DNA of 63,627 nucleotides, counting the filler, from Thraustochytrium aureum (Eukaryota), in assembly GCA_012862495.1 (NCBI GenBank). It is 4 parts of one record of this genome, joined end to end, with 100 filler letters (N's around TTAATTAATTAA, not from the genome) between each part and the next. Parts side by side here need not be neighbours in the genome. Positions count along the whole stretch, not along the records: positions 1 to 15,153 come from BLSG01000009.1; positions 15,254 to 34,428 come from BLSG01000009.1; 2 more parts are not named here. The stretch is one strand, 5' to 3'. Below the pieces are notes generated by a model that ran no database searches, was not told where the DNA came from, and saw only the letters and a program-made list of their open reading frames with translations. Position numbers and translations under genes: made by a program. Shown here piece after piece: positions 9,683 to 21,690 of this stretch (position 1 is its first letter; each line of letters starts with the position of its first letter).

Positions 9683-12600
9683 CTGTTGCGTTTCATTTGG
9701 TCTGACGTTACCGGTACTTTGTTTCTGGATTATTTTTCGAAGAGGCGATGATGATGATGATGATGATGTGTGTGATGTGTGTGCCGCGTTCGTCGCTGTA
9801 TATCACGTGGTTTTCGCTGTCAGTATGTTCGTTCATTTAGCATCTGNNNNNNNNNNNNNNNNNNNNAATCTGAGGCGATCCCACACCTCACACCAGCGGG
9901 CAACTGCGTGCTCCTGTTCCTGCCCGAGATTCTTCTTCTTTTCGGCGCCATGATCGTCTTCCTCCTCCGTCGCTCGGAAAAGGCGGAGAAAAGCAGCACA
10001 GCCATTACCACTGCTCCTCGATGAGACTTTACGAAGGGAGAAAAGAATGCCCGGCAAACCAGCGAAGCTGAATTGGCACCGTGCGAGCGCACAAGTTCAC
10101 CTATGGTAGGTACTTAGCCATTGATTGCCAAAGTGTTTTCATGAATCAATTCTCAAAAGTCGCTGATGGAATTTACGTCTTGCCCCGGAATATCTTCGTG
10201 TGAGATTGGCAATTCCAACGCAAATTATTGAAAAAAATCCTGTCAACAGCCTGAGCACCACGAAAATGAGGCGGGGTTGCTCGACCCGGTTTGAGAGCAT
10301 TGTTGCAGAAGGATCTGCAGAGTATTGTGGCCATCGGTGCATGTCATGTCGTGCTGTGCGAGTCAGCGACGGGACACCTCTGCGCGCGATGGAAGGCGCG
10401 TGCTGAAGGGCCCTAGGCCAGTCCAATTGAAATCAGACTGACAACCAAAAAGTCTGAAGATGGCGAAGAGCCTGAAGAATTGAATGGTCTTGCGACGTTG
10501 ACACGAAAACGTCCGCGACGAACTTGTTGACGATAACCCTCGAATTGAAATAGATGCACCAAGCAACCGCTTCGTGGAGCAGCCGGAGATAACCAGCTCA
10601 AGCCTGCGCGCCGCATCTACCGGTGGCCTAGATCAGGAATGGTAGGAAGGACTTGCTGGCGTGCGACACGCTACAGTAGCTGCAAGTTTGTTGTTGTTTC
10701 CAGCTTCGCGAATCGCCACGACGCGGCGGAACTGCCCCACGCGGGTCAAGTAAGGGTTGGCTGGAGAGGGATCCTGAGCTCGAGGTCTGTCGTTCAGACT
10801 GACCCGGTTCCCATTGCGACTGCTCTGGTTGGAGTCAGCCATGCCTTAGAAAGTCAAGAAGTCCACTTGGCACGGGGGAGGGCCCCACCCGGAACACCAT
10901 CTCGCGAGTGCGCCTGGGAAGCCCGAGAGAACTCAATGTCCGCCGGCTCATCGTTCGCGACGTTGGTCAAGGGCTCGGACGTCACCCTACGCGGGTGTAG
11001 CGCCGCGTGAAAGCAACGATAGTCCGACAAACAGCAGTATGGCCCCCTTGAAGCGGCCCACCGTGACGCACCTCCACGCATGGGTTTGCAAGGGCCCTCC
11101 GGATCCACCAAAGAACGGCAACGGCAAAGCAAGTTCGAGGCAACTCCAGGAAAGCTGACAGGGAGCCGGATAGCCATGTTGATGGTCCATTCCTCGTTGG
11201 TGAGTGGTGCGGTATCATTGCATCACCCACCAGCAACGTCTCGAGCGTCCTCGCTGTAAACTTACCAGAGCCGGCAACAATGTTGTAGTGACGCTCGTTG
11301 GCGCGCTCGTGGATGGCTAAGGGAGACGGTGGCAGAGAATGGATCGGGAAGGCTGAACCGATTTCTGTCAGGAGGCGAGCAAGATGTGTTCGCATGAGAC
11401 CACCAGTCAAATTGCGCTGCGTGAGTGCGTTGGCCTTGTCCTTTTGATTTGCAGGTTTACTGATGCGCATTCCATGGCGCGACGATGCCCGATGGTGCGC
11501 TGCGAGCGCTTACTCCCGCTTCCATTGCACCTGTGGTTGCACTTCCGCGAGCCCAGCGAGCACTGTTTTCGAGCTTTCTAAGGTACAACCTCACCTGTAG
11601 TCGAGCAGCGCGGGGCTGGCTTGGCCGACCACTTGAGCGACGAGCCGCCAAACCTTGTTGTTCGCTTTCTCGTTTTGAGCCATCGGGATCATGCGCGTTC
11701 TCTTGGTCGACTTGGTGCTGCTCCTCTGGGCTGGCTGTGGTCCGGGTCGGGTTGTCATGCTGCTCGGCGTGTGATTGCTGCTCTTCGCGCAGCTCGACCG
11801 GGCCTTGCGCGCGCTCTCTCTAGCTCTCTGCTAGAGTAGAGCTCTAGCTCTAGCCTGGCTCTCTGGAGCTAGAGGGCTCTGATTCGTGCTGAATCTGGGT
11901 TTTCGCGGTTGCGTCGAGGCGCGCCTTGTCGCATCGACGGCCTCCGACAGACTGAGCCCAGCCACGCCAATCCTGAAAGAGTGCCGTTCTTCTTCTGCCG
12001 CACCGTTCGTCAAGTGGAGGCGGGCGACTTAGTTAACCCAGGCGCGCTGACGTTGGGTGGCAGCCCGGGCAGCGCGGCGACGAGGCGACAAGGTTTGGCG
12101 GCGGCTCCCTCACGCGAACGAGCTGCGTTTCGAGGGTCCCTGCGGCTGGCCCGTGGTCGTCGTCCTCCCCAGGACCGTGCAGAGTACAAGGAGGCCTTGC
12201 GGGGGCCGCTCGGGCCTGCGCTTTTCTTTCTGGGCACAGCGACCAGCTCGCGCAACGTGGCCACGACGCTGGGCGCGGCTGCGCATCCGCGGAACCGATG
12301 GCTAGAGCCCCGGCCAGGCCCTGCGCAACGTTCGCGGCCCGAGCACACGCGCCAAGCATGGCCAGCGCGTTGCGCAAGTGCTAAGGGAACTTCCGGGCCT
12401 CTCACTAGTGGGTCATGTTGACGGCGGCCGGTGAAGAAGCTTGGCCTGGTCGCGGATTGAATGCCGTCGGGCACCGTCAAATTGGTGATGATGCGCGCCT
12501 GGCGGGCGGCAGATGATGAGGCGAGTTTGTTAGCGTGTAGGGTTCTCCCGTTGCTATTGCTCTGTCACCGAGCGCTCGCCAGATGATGGGCATTTGCGAC

Positions 12601-12839
12601 TCGGCGAAATGATTAATGGGGTGGGTGGGGGAGGGGGGTGTTCTCCCAGCTGTTATCGCATCGGTCGTGCCGGCGCAGCGGCAGGCCGCGCGAGCCAGGT
12701 CACGCCCTTCCAGTGGCATCTGCAGGCGACTCTCTCTAGCCAAAGCTAGGTTTCAGAGAGCATCAGGCCCTCGCCTGGCCACAGACTGCTGTTGGAAGGA
12801 GAAGCGCGAAACGAGGCGGGCGCCAGGTGGCCGGCCCGG

Positions 12840-14256
12840 TCATGGGTCGAGGTTGGCGATCGGCTCGTCGCGCATTCGGGAAATGTACTCGGAGAAGGAC
12901 GAGCCCTTGAAACCGATGTAGAGGTACGACCTGGCGCAGATAAGCTGCTCCACGATGCCGAGCATGTCGTTTGCGAGGCGCGCCTGCTCCGGGAGATCAA
13001 AGAGAGCGTTGAAGCGGCGCATGAGCGGGCGCGGAATGTCGCGACTGAACCAAGTCTCGTACACAGAAGTGAGGTTGGCATAGTATGTCAGGTTTGCCGA
13101 AGGCTTGGTGGCCACGTAAATGCGCCGAAGGTGCTTTTGCGGGAGAACGTGCTGGACGAGCGCGTTGCGGACGTGGCTCAGAATGAACGAACCCGGGTCC
13201 ACAAGGCCGTCTTCGCTCGGGAGGTACTGGCTCGAAAACCCGTTCGCGTGCGCAAACTTGGACTTGACAGCTGCATCCCCGGGTAAACCGCCGGCGGCGC
13301 CGCTGGCGGGGTCGCGCTCCACATCTCTCTTGGCCATCCAGCGCTCCCACTTTTCGCCGTGTCGCCCTGGCGGCTGTGCACGCAAATGTAGTTGCGCCCG
13401 AGCCGCAGCGCTTCGACGGCGTCGAGGGCGACCGCTCGGAAGAACGGGGCGTACCGCACAAAGGGGTGCACGTCGCTCTCAAAGTGCTTGGTGAAGCGCT
13501 GCCACATGGTTGGCCCTGCAAAGTAGATGATCTTGGCGGGGTTCTGCGCCCACCTGGAAAAGTTGGCCATCGTGATGGGGTTTTCCTTGCGCTCCTGCCG
13601 CGTCTGCTCGATCGTGAGCCAGTCCTTGGGGTCCGGGAAGGCCGCTCGCAGCTCCTCTAGAAACACGGGCAGCGTCGTGTTGGAGAGCGGGGCGATTTTA
13701 GCGCCGTACGCGCGAAGCCGCGCAAAGTCCAGCACGCGGTCCATCTCAATCAAGTCCTCCGGCAGCATCTGTTGTAGTTGGCGTACATGCTCGAGTGCCG
13801 CGCCGCGAGCGGCACCACGCAGACCCGGTTGAGCATCTTGCAGATGTGCAGCGCGCGCTCGAGGATGATGCGCTGGTTGTTGAACCCGCCCGAGGGCTGG
13901 AAAACGAACAGCTGCGCATGTCTGCGTTCTTTGACGAGGTCTTCGCCGCGAAATGCGCCAGGGTGCGTCCGAGGCGCCCTGGGAAACCTGTCGCAGGCCC
14001 AAACTCTTCTCCTCAGACTTGTGTCTGCATTGCGGGGCCGCATTGGCGATGGCCTCTCGCTGCCGCCCGGTAGCCTGGCCCCGAGCGGCTCGGCGACGCG
14101 CGAGAATTCCCTAGCAAGGGGACCGTCGCCGCTGTTGCCCGTCGCGCTCGTTGCGAACAGCGAGTACTCGAGCAGCGCCTCCGCGACGAGGCTGAACGAG
14201 GCCACCACGAGCACCGCGCCGAGCCAGCGTCTCACGCACGCGAGCGCCGCTTTCAT
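12840..14256 (-). CDS. GDP-fucose O-fucosyltransferase family (POFUT-like) type II membrane glycosyltransferase; frameshifts near 13770 and 13370
   Basis: N-terminal TM anchor; FQPSGGFNNQRIILERALHICKMLNRVCVVP, YICVHSRQGD, RRIYVATK, GIVEQLICARSYLYIGFKGSSFSEYISRMR across ORFs 13750..14256, 13178..14002 and 12840..13385. Confidence 0.85.
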
Positions 14257-15153
14257 GGCTCAGCACCAACCCGGGGCTGGCACTGCCCGCTCGCGCCCTG
14301 CCGGCTCGATCCGATCGCGACGAATCCTGATTCCAAAGCCGCCTTGCGCAGCTGCACCGAACAAACAAAGACACTCGCACACACGGGCGCGAGCGCGCGC
14401 ACGCATGCACGCACGCACGCACGCACGCACGCAGTCTTGCAGCAACTGCGGCGCCCGAGCACGGCGAAAGTCAGGTGCGCAACTATCACTGTCACCACGG
14501 TCTCGACTGCGCTGTCTCCTGCAACCTTGGCCTGTAGAGCTAGTACCATTGTATTGACCCGCTCCGCGAAGAATTGAATTCCAGTATCCACTTCCATGCC
14601 AGCCGCGACCACCTGAATCTGAATTCTGCACTGGTGGCGAGCGCGGTCATGGATGGATGAGCGGCGAGCGATTCTGCTTGTGGAAGTTGTGGAATTGTGG
14701 ATTGTGGGCCGACCGACTTGTCTCTGGACGCGGCTCGAGCCGGAGCGTAACGCGTCGTGTTTTGTTTTTGTATTGTCCTGTGCGGTTATGACGTCTCCTC
14801 CCTCCCGGTCTGGGCCCAAACCAGTTGAGTGCTCGCATCGAGCAGCGTCCGCGTTTTGCAAACCCTCGTCTGCGGCGATCACACTGCAACGGCTGCGGTT
14901 GCACACCAAAACAGGAAACGGCTGCTACGCCGGGACACCAACTCCCTGCCGGGGTGGAACAAGGCCTCCCTGGGCGGTGCATGGCCTGCTCAGCCGCAAA
15001 GCGCAGAACAGCGCGAGCCCTGGTTGGCAGAGGAGCCGACCTGCACCGGGCCGCAGCGCCTACAAGCATCACCGGCAATCCGCCTGACACTGCCCTGGTC
15101 TGGCTCCACAAGCCCTTCCTGCACAACACCAGGCGAGCCTTTTCAGCGCAAGC

Positions 15154-15253
15154 NNNNNNNNNNNNNNNNNNNNNNNNNNNNNNNNNNNNNNNNNNNNTTA
15201 ATTAATTAANNNNNNNNNNNNNNNNNNNNNNNNNNNNNNNNNNNNNNNNNNNN
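15154..15253. other. Artificial scaffold-joining linker (44 N + TTAATTAATTAA + 44 N)
   Basis: TTAATTAATTAA at 15198-15209 gives stops in all six frames. An identical 100-bp structure occurs three times in the window. Confidence 0.97.
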
Positions 15254-17202
15254 AATTTGATTTTGCAGTGCATTGCAGAGTACTCACAACCTGCGCTTGG
15301 CGTTGCGTAGGTTCCTTGTGCCCCGTGCCCCTTTTCTTTCTTCCTCCTCGAGGCGGCTTGCTGCAGAGCCCAGAACAAGAAGGATCCTTTGCCGTTCACA
15401 GGCCTGGGGAGAGAGCTGGCGTAGCGCGATCTTCGTTCCTCCCCGCCCCCGCTGATTCGATGCTTGGATGGAAGGCAGCCCACCGGCTGTCGGAGAAGCG
15501 GCCCCACAAACGCGAACAGAGGCACAGCTCACGCCGCGGTGTCCGTTGATCGAGGGCTGGCAAGTTGAGGGCAGCACTTACGCGCAACTTGGCGCGCAAC
15601 GAACCTACTCAGTCCATTGCCCCATTTCCTTGACGTGCATGGACTCTCACAGGCGATCTTCGCCGATAAGAGAGCTCGGAGTGGGGCAGGCTTGCTGTTC
15701 ACAAAGCAGCGGTACTAGGGGCCCTACACCGATGTCACAGCAGCAGCCGCTCTGGAATGATCCACGCCGGCCCTGAGACGGAAAGCCGCCCCGCACCCAC
15801 CCACGGGCAGAGTCGAGCGCCGTGCCGCATTTCTGGAAGGCGGAACAACGGCGACAACGAACCGTGCGCTTCGTCCGGGCCACCTTCCGAATTCGATCAC
15901 ACCGGCGTCGAGAAATTGACGAAAGCCGCCTCGCCAATGAGCAAGCCTGCGCCAGCCCGCCGCCGGTCAGCCAGCTGCAAGTGCGGGCGCGAAGAAGTCG
16001 CGCTACTTTCTCAGGCTCCACGGCGAACTAGGTTTTCGCCCGACACACAGACACACACGTTGGTGTCACGACGGCCTCGAGGCGCTGTCCGCGTCGAGCC
16101 GACGCGCGCTGCGCGGCGAGTCGGGCAACCGACCACCAGCGCAAGTACTTACTCGAGATGCAGCCCGGCTTCGGCGCTTCGTCAGCGCTTCGTCTGCGCT
16201 GCGCCGATGCGCGGGCGAGCCAACGAGATCCCCAAGAAAAGCGCTCGCGAGCGAACTTTCTCGGATGGGAAGGTAGTGCAGTAGGTGGCACAAGAGAACA
16301 GCGACCGCTGAGCCGGGAAGAAGAAAGAACGAGCGTCAGACGGCGTGAGTGAGCGAGTGCTCGAAAAAACCAACGCTCCCATCTGCTGCAANNNNNNNNN
16401 NNNNNNNNNNNNNNNNNNNNNNNNNNNNNNNNNNNNNNNNNNNNNNNNNNNNNNNNNNNNNNNNNNNNNNNNNNNNNNNNNNNNNNNNNNNNNNNNNNNN
16501 NNNNNNNNNNNNNNNNNNNNNNNNNNNNNNNNNNNNNNNNCACGACGAGTGCGGGGCGCCGAGCAAAGGCCGTGAGGCCAATGCGCATTCCTAGCTCGTC
16601 GTGGCGGTGCGATGGCGCCGAGGAACAGACCCCAAATGCAGACCGGCGCAAGCCAAACCGAGGCCCCGAGCTAGTGCGAATCGCAGCGAGCAAAAGCCCG
16701 CGCCAGCGAGCGGAAACGACGAGCGGGAGCAAGATGGTCGAGGTCATGACGTCGAGCAAGAGGCCTCCGAGCATCAATATTAGCGCGATGCCGCAACTCG
16801 AGGACGTTCGGGCTTTTGTTTACCCGAGGCCGCACACGCCAGGCCCAAAGTCGTCGCCGAGGCGGCGCAAGGAGCGATTCATTACGCTGATTGAGCTGCC
16901 CAAGTTTGCGGAGTGAGCCAGCAGGGTGCTGCGCTCGCCTTTGTGGACTTGGTATTGTACAACCTGCGCATGCGCGCGCTCGGCTCTCGCATTCTTCTCT
17001 TCTTCACCCGTGCAGCGCGGTTGTTTGCCAAGCAGGGTTGGCACCGCCGCGTCTCCTCGCCGAAGCAGTTGCCTCGCGGATGGGGCGACGCTCGCGCGCA
17101 GGGATGAGGATCTGATCTACTGTTGATTTTTCCACGATGTTGCTTTTTATTGTTCTACTGTTACTTTCAATTGAAACGAGCGAGCGCCGGCCGGGCCCGA
17201 CT

Positions 17203-17775
17203 TTACCACCACCCGTCGTTGAGCGCCGCGCCGAGCATCACGCCGCCGGCGAGCGCCAGTGTCGGGTCGTAGTATGGGTCGTACCCGCCGCCGTAGCCGT
17301 AGCCACCATAGCCCATCCCGGGGCCCACGATCACAGGCTGTGTGACGACTGCCGGTGTGTTGACGTAGACGGTCTGGGGCGGGGGCGGCGCGGCGTTTCG
17401 TGCCGCTTGCTGATTGAGCATGGCCTGCTGCTGCGCGAGCTGCTGCTGCTGCTGCGCGATCAGCGCTTGCTGCTGCTGCTGGAGCTGCTGCTGCTGTTGC
17501 TGCAACTGCATTTCTTGGTTGCTCAGCGCAGACCGGTACAGCGACGCGCCGTTGCTAGCAACCTCTGACGCGCTCGGCGCTGACGGGGCGCTCGGGTACA
17601 GTTGCTGCTGCTGCTGCTGCTGCTCGCCTGGGACAGTGATCACGATCAGCTGCCCTTCGCCGGACGTCGGCGGGCACACGACGCGCATCATGCGGCCTTC
17701 CACATTGACCGCAAACACCTGGCCGGGCTGCACGCCTTGCGGCACCGTCACCTGAAACTGTTTGCCGCTGCTCAT
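17203..17775 (-). CDS. Hypothetical Gln/Pro/Gly-rich protein with small N-terminal beta-rich domain
   Basis: 190-aa ATG-initiated ORF; FQVTVPQGVQPGQVFAVNVEGRMMRVVCPP module, polyQ tracts, GYGGY and LALAGGVMLGAAL C-terminus. Confidence 0.75.
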   Translation of the reverse strand: MSSGKQFQVTVPQGVQPGQVFAVNVEGRMMRVVCPPTSGEGQLIVITVPGEQQQQQQQLYPSAPSAPSASEVASNGASLYRSALSNQEMQLQQQQQQLQQQQQALIAQQQQQLAQQQAMLNQQAARNAAPPPPQTVYVNTPAVVTQPVIVGPGMGYGGYGYGGGYDPYYDPTLALAGGVMLGAALNDGWW

Positions 17776-18225
17776 CTCGAACGAGCGCTTTTTCCTCTCA
17801 CGCTGCTCGCCGCTTGTCTCGCTGCCTTGCCGCTGCGCTCTTGCGATTGGGATCTGCCTGCCTTCCGCGGCTGGCTCACTTGCTGCTGCCTTTCGTCAAC
17901 AGAATCAAGTGTGCCGACGCCTCCGCGGCGCTGAAAATGTCAACCTGAACCTGGGTACGCAAGGCATGATGTGTATCGTGATGGATTGCTTTGGAGACTG
18001 GTCAAATCACGGCTGCACCAGCGCGGCCGATGACCAGCCATGGCGTTCAGAATCGGGTCAGAAGCGGCCGAGGAGCTCGGCTACGCAGCAGGCGCGAGAC
18101 GCGCGAAAGGCAGGCGCGAGAGAGAGAACAGTCCATTTCAGCGAGGTCCGTTCAGTCGCCATGCCTGATGCTCTAGAGAATATATTGATCCTGTACTCTG
18201 TGATGCTTGACCAAGTGGTCGTTTA

Positions 18226-18306
18226 GCGGCGATGGCCGAGCGGTTAAGGCGCTGTGTTCAGGTCGCAGTGGAGTCATCCTCGCGGGTTCGAGTCCCGTTC
18301 GCCGTA
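18226..18306 (+). tRNA. trnL-CAG: tRNA-Leu(CAG), copy 1
   Basis: Cloverleaf: acceptor GCGGCGA/TCGCCGT, D-arm GCCGAGCGGTTAAGGC, anticodon stem CTGTG/CGCAG with loop TTCAGGT (CAG at 18259-18261), long variable arm, T-arm GCGGG-TTCGAGT-CCCGT, discriminator A. Downstream T-runs fit a Pol III terminator. Confidence 0.96.
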
Positions 18307-18366
18307 TTCTTTTGCCTTTTTTTTCGCCACCTTTTTTTCGCCCCTGAATCGATCCAAGCGTGCTCG

Positions 18367-19530
18367 TCAACAACAACGTTTCTGGAGTCTGGACTTGAGC
18401 GTGGCCGCGCTGTCCTCGAGCGCCGTCTGCGACAGGAACGGGCTACCCTGCTGCTTTTTAACGCCAGAAACATCACCTCGAGCATCGCCGACCCTGCCGA
18501 GAACGTCCTCGAGAACTTGGACCTGATTGTACTTGCTTGTGTTAGGCACGTTGAGAAGAACGATGCGCAGCATGGCATCTGCAGCACAGTCGGAGCCTGC
18601 ACCGCTCTTGTGTCGCTTCCATGACCGGCAGGTGTTGGTCAGGTTTGATGCCGACACAGTGGCCGACTATGGTGATGCGAATGGAGTTGTCGAGAACCAC
18701 TCTCATCCTGTAGCGTGTCAGACAGTTGTCACGTTCACTAAACCGATAGGCATAGTTCGTAACGGCTGTATGGTTGCTGGCAGAAGCTGCGGACTCAGGC
18801 TTGAATCCGCCCAAACCTTTCTGGATTTCGTGGAATCGTTTCTCGCTGAGATGCACGCTCTCAACATACGTCCCAATGCTTGCCATGTAGGTCCGGAAGA
18901 ACATGATGTGATGCTGTTCTCCACCTCAAGCGCACAGGTGAAGAAAGGCATGCCAAGGAACGCCGAAAACCTCCCACGGCTGAACAACTCGCATGTTGAT
19001 GCGCTCGTTCATCCACTCCACAAGCGTGCCTTGAGCGTCCCCAATGACGAAGAGGAAATGCTGGTCGATCGTCGAGTCGTTCGGGTTGTGCACGCCCTTG
19101 CCTGCCATGAGACTTCAAGGCGCTTGGCCAGCTCCTTTACATGCTCATGCGCTCGCTCATCAGCCTCGATGAGCTTTGTTGCCTCTTCTGGAGAGACAAC
19201 AACGGGCTCGAGAGGCGGAAGCTTTGTCCAGGACTCGCGAAACTCCTTCTGGCGAGGTGGGGCTGGGTTTGCTGCTGAGCCCTGGCGAGATAAACGTCGT
19301 GTTTGCCCGAGGGCTTTGGCTCCTTCAGTTCTGCTCGCTTCTTGCTGCGTTGGCCGCGCAGGCGGCACCTCGAGCTCTTGGCGTCTCGATGCCCGGTCTC
19401 CCCACACGCGCTGCACAACCCGTCGCCAGGCACTGCGCTCGACGAGCTTGACTGACTCATTGTGACTTGTTCGCTCCAGAGCGCCCCCCGAACCCCAATC
19501 AAACCAAGTTGCAGGATTGGAGCCATGCAT
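18367..19530 (-). pseudogene. Fragmented hypothetical ORF (frameshifts plus an in-frame TGA); pseudogene or error-ridden gene
   Basis: Consecutive protein-like minus-strand fragments 19009..19746, 18926..19108, 18542..18904 and 18367..18657. The second and third are in the same frame, separated by TGA at 18926-18928. No recognisable family. Confidence 0.35.
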
Positions 19531-19788
19531 GTCTTGCAGGATTGAGTCAAATCTGCAAGCTTGGAGGAAACCTGTGGACGAGAATCGAGCCAGGGAAGCG
19601 CGGCTAAAGCAGGACACGAGTCGGATACAACATTTGCGTTTCGCCAAACCTCCCCTTATCTGCACCGACAGAGCAAGTACCTGTGCGGCGGCCAAGTTGC
19701 GCTCGCGAAAGCCGTGGGGTGCAAGTGGGGGAAAATTCGAATGCATTCATGAGGCTTTATGCCCAACTGCGCGTGCAACCGAGCCTGC

Positions 19789-21086
19789 TCAGGCCTGGTC
19801 GAACATCGGGTTGCTAACTGCCACGTTCGTCCTCGCTCCAGCAGCGTACCCAGCCATTTGGAGGTGACCTTGCACCGGCGTCTCCATCTGTGCCGCTGCT
19901 GCGCGCCGGTTACGGCGCACTGCGACGAACGCGCCAACAACGACCAAACCGACAGCCAAGCCAACGACGACGATCGCGGTTTGCGAGCGCGTCGAGGCCC
20001 CGACCTCAGCAGTCGCGACCGGCTCCAGATTTGCGCCCCCGCCGAGGGCCTCTTGAACGGCCTCCAAGTTCATGCACGTCGCCCCCGAGCCAGGCAACGA
20101 CTCGTCCACGCGATTCGCCGAGAACGCGATGGCCCGGTCAGTCTCCGCGCTCCAAAACATGGGAACTTCATCCTCTGCACGTTGAGGGGGCGGGCAAGTC
20201 CGCGGAAGCTTGGCCAGTTCGCTTGGCGGGAGCTGGGCGAGCGCCTGCGTCGTGCGTTCGACGGCCTGAGCCGAGTTGAGCAGGAAGGCCTGAGCACTTG
20301 AAGAGTCCGCGGTATCAATATCCGCGTACACGACCGAGTCGAACAAGTCAGTGACGACTACGGTTGGGTACCCGGGGAGCGCGCTCCCCTCCAGATCCGT
20401 CGCGTATGCGTACCTGTTGGCCGCCCCGAGCTGCTGCCACTCCCACCAGATCTTGTCGATGAAAGCGTGGTGGCTGTAAAAGATCGGGTCCATCGGGCTG
20501 AGCCCTCTGTTCATAAACCCGCCAATGCCAACGTGCACCATATTGTGGAGGCCCTCCACGCCACTGCGCATAACTTCATACGCGCTCCCGCCGCGGCCAG
20601 ACGTAAACGCGTTCGCAACATCTGCGGCGTCAAAGCCGGGCTGGGTGTACGCCGTGTTGCGGTGAAGACAGGGCGCCCATCCCGTGAAGGAGCCCGTGGT
20701 GATGCACATTCCGCGCTGTTGCTGAAGCCGCCAAACCGGTTGGTGGCAAAAGCAGGCGAGGCCCCGGGGTTGGCAGCGTCGAGGGTCCAGTCCCAGTACG
20801 GAATGGCAACGCCTGGCACCTTTTTGTTGAGCTCCTTCTCCAGAGCGTTGAGAAAGTGGCGGTGCCACGGAAGGAACATTGCGTTGTTGTGGATCCCGCT
20901 GCTGAAGAGCTGCTCGTGGAGCTCGGCAAACTCTTGCCAGGTGCCGTCTGCGTGGAGCTCGTTCACCGCTCGAGCATAGTTGCTCCACTCCTCGTCCGTG
21001 AGAACGCGAACTTCTTTGCGAAACGGCTGCGCATTGGCGACTCCGGCGAGCGCCACGGCAATCATGCAGATCGCCTTGGCCATCAT
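19789..21086 (-). CDS. Tyrosinase (type-3 dicopper) with signal peptide and C-terminal TM helix; frameshift near 20710
   Basis: Signal peptide; RKEVRVLTDEEW, CuA H...HNNAMFLPWHR, IPYWDWT; CuB EGLHNMVHVGIGG, SPMDPIFYSHHAFIDKIWWEWQ; TM IVVVGLAVGLVVVGAFVAV followed by RRNRR and a tail ending NPMFDQA. Confidence 0.92.
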
Positions 21087-21690
21087 TTTTCCTTGCTGCT
21101 CTTGCTTGGCTCCTAGACTTGGTTCGAGAGTTGCGATTGTTGTGCCTCGGCTGCTTGGAGTTGTGATGCTGCGTTTGGGGTTTGGTGCCTTGGTGCCCAG
21201 CTCAGCTCAGGCCAGGGTACAACGCACGGCTGCCAAGCCTTTGCGCGTCGATGCGATCAGCACTGGCGCACCTCCTTCCGAGACGAGATCGCCAGCTCGC
21301 GCTCCGCACGCGCAATCTGAACGCCAAAGCTCGCATGCGCGAAAGCACTATTGTCCTTGCCTTTCTTCAAGCTGAGGAGCAGGCGGGGAAGCAGACAGGG
21401 AGGCAAGTGGCCATGCCGCTCTACTCTGTGCCTCCACTGAAATCTAGCGTACGACCACAACTTGTGCTTCATGGGTGACCAGCTATTGTGCCCAGCTGCA
21501 GCGCCAAAGACCGCTGCACGCGAGACTTTTCCACCTTGACTTCGACCGCTGGCCGCTTTGCGAGTTGGCATCTTTTGCGCCTAGCAGGCTGTTTGGGCGT
21601 TGGCTTGCGCGTGATGATCGGAAGTTGATTGGAAGTAGGTACCACTCAGCTCCACTGGCTCTGAGTACACCCAACCCAACTAACTCATTG

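Noticed and set aside
15198..15209. TTAATTAATTAA as a biological motif (piggyBac TTAA site or regulatory element)
   Set aside because: It is always centred in exactly 44+44 Ns (also 34473 and 53190), so it is a synthetic six-frame-stop spacer.
18226..18306. tRNA read as tRNA-Sec/opal suppressor (TCA in the loop) or as a CUG-reassigning tRNA
   Set aside because: The 5-bp stem CTGTG/CGCAG places CAG, not TCA, at positions 34-36. U33, G37, discriminator A73, a 7-bp acceptor stem and G3-C70 are ordinary Leu features, without the G33/G73 of CUG-Ser or the G3-U70 of CUG-Ala. CTG also encodes conserved Leu positions in neighbouring genes.
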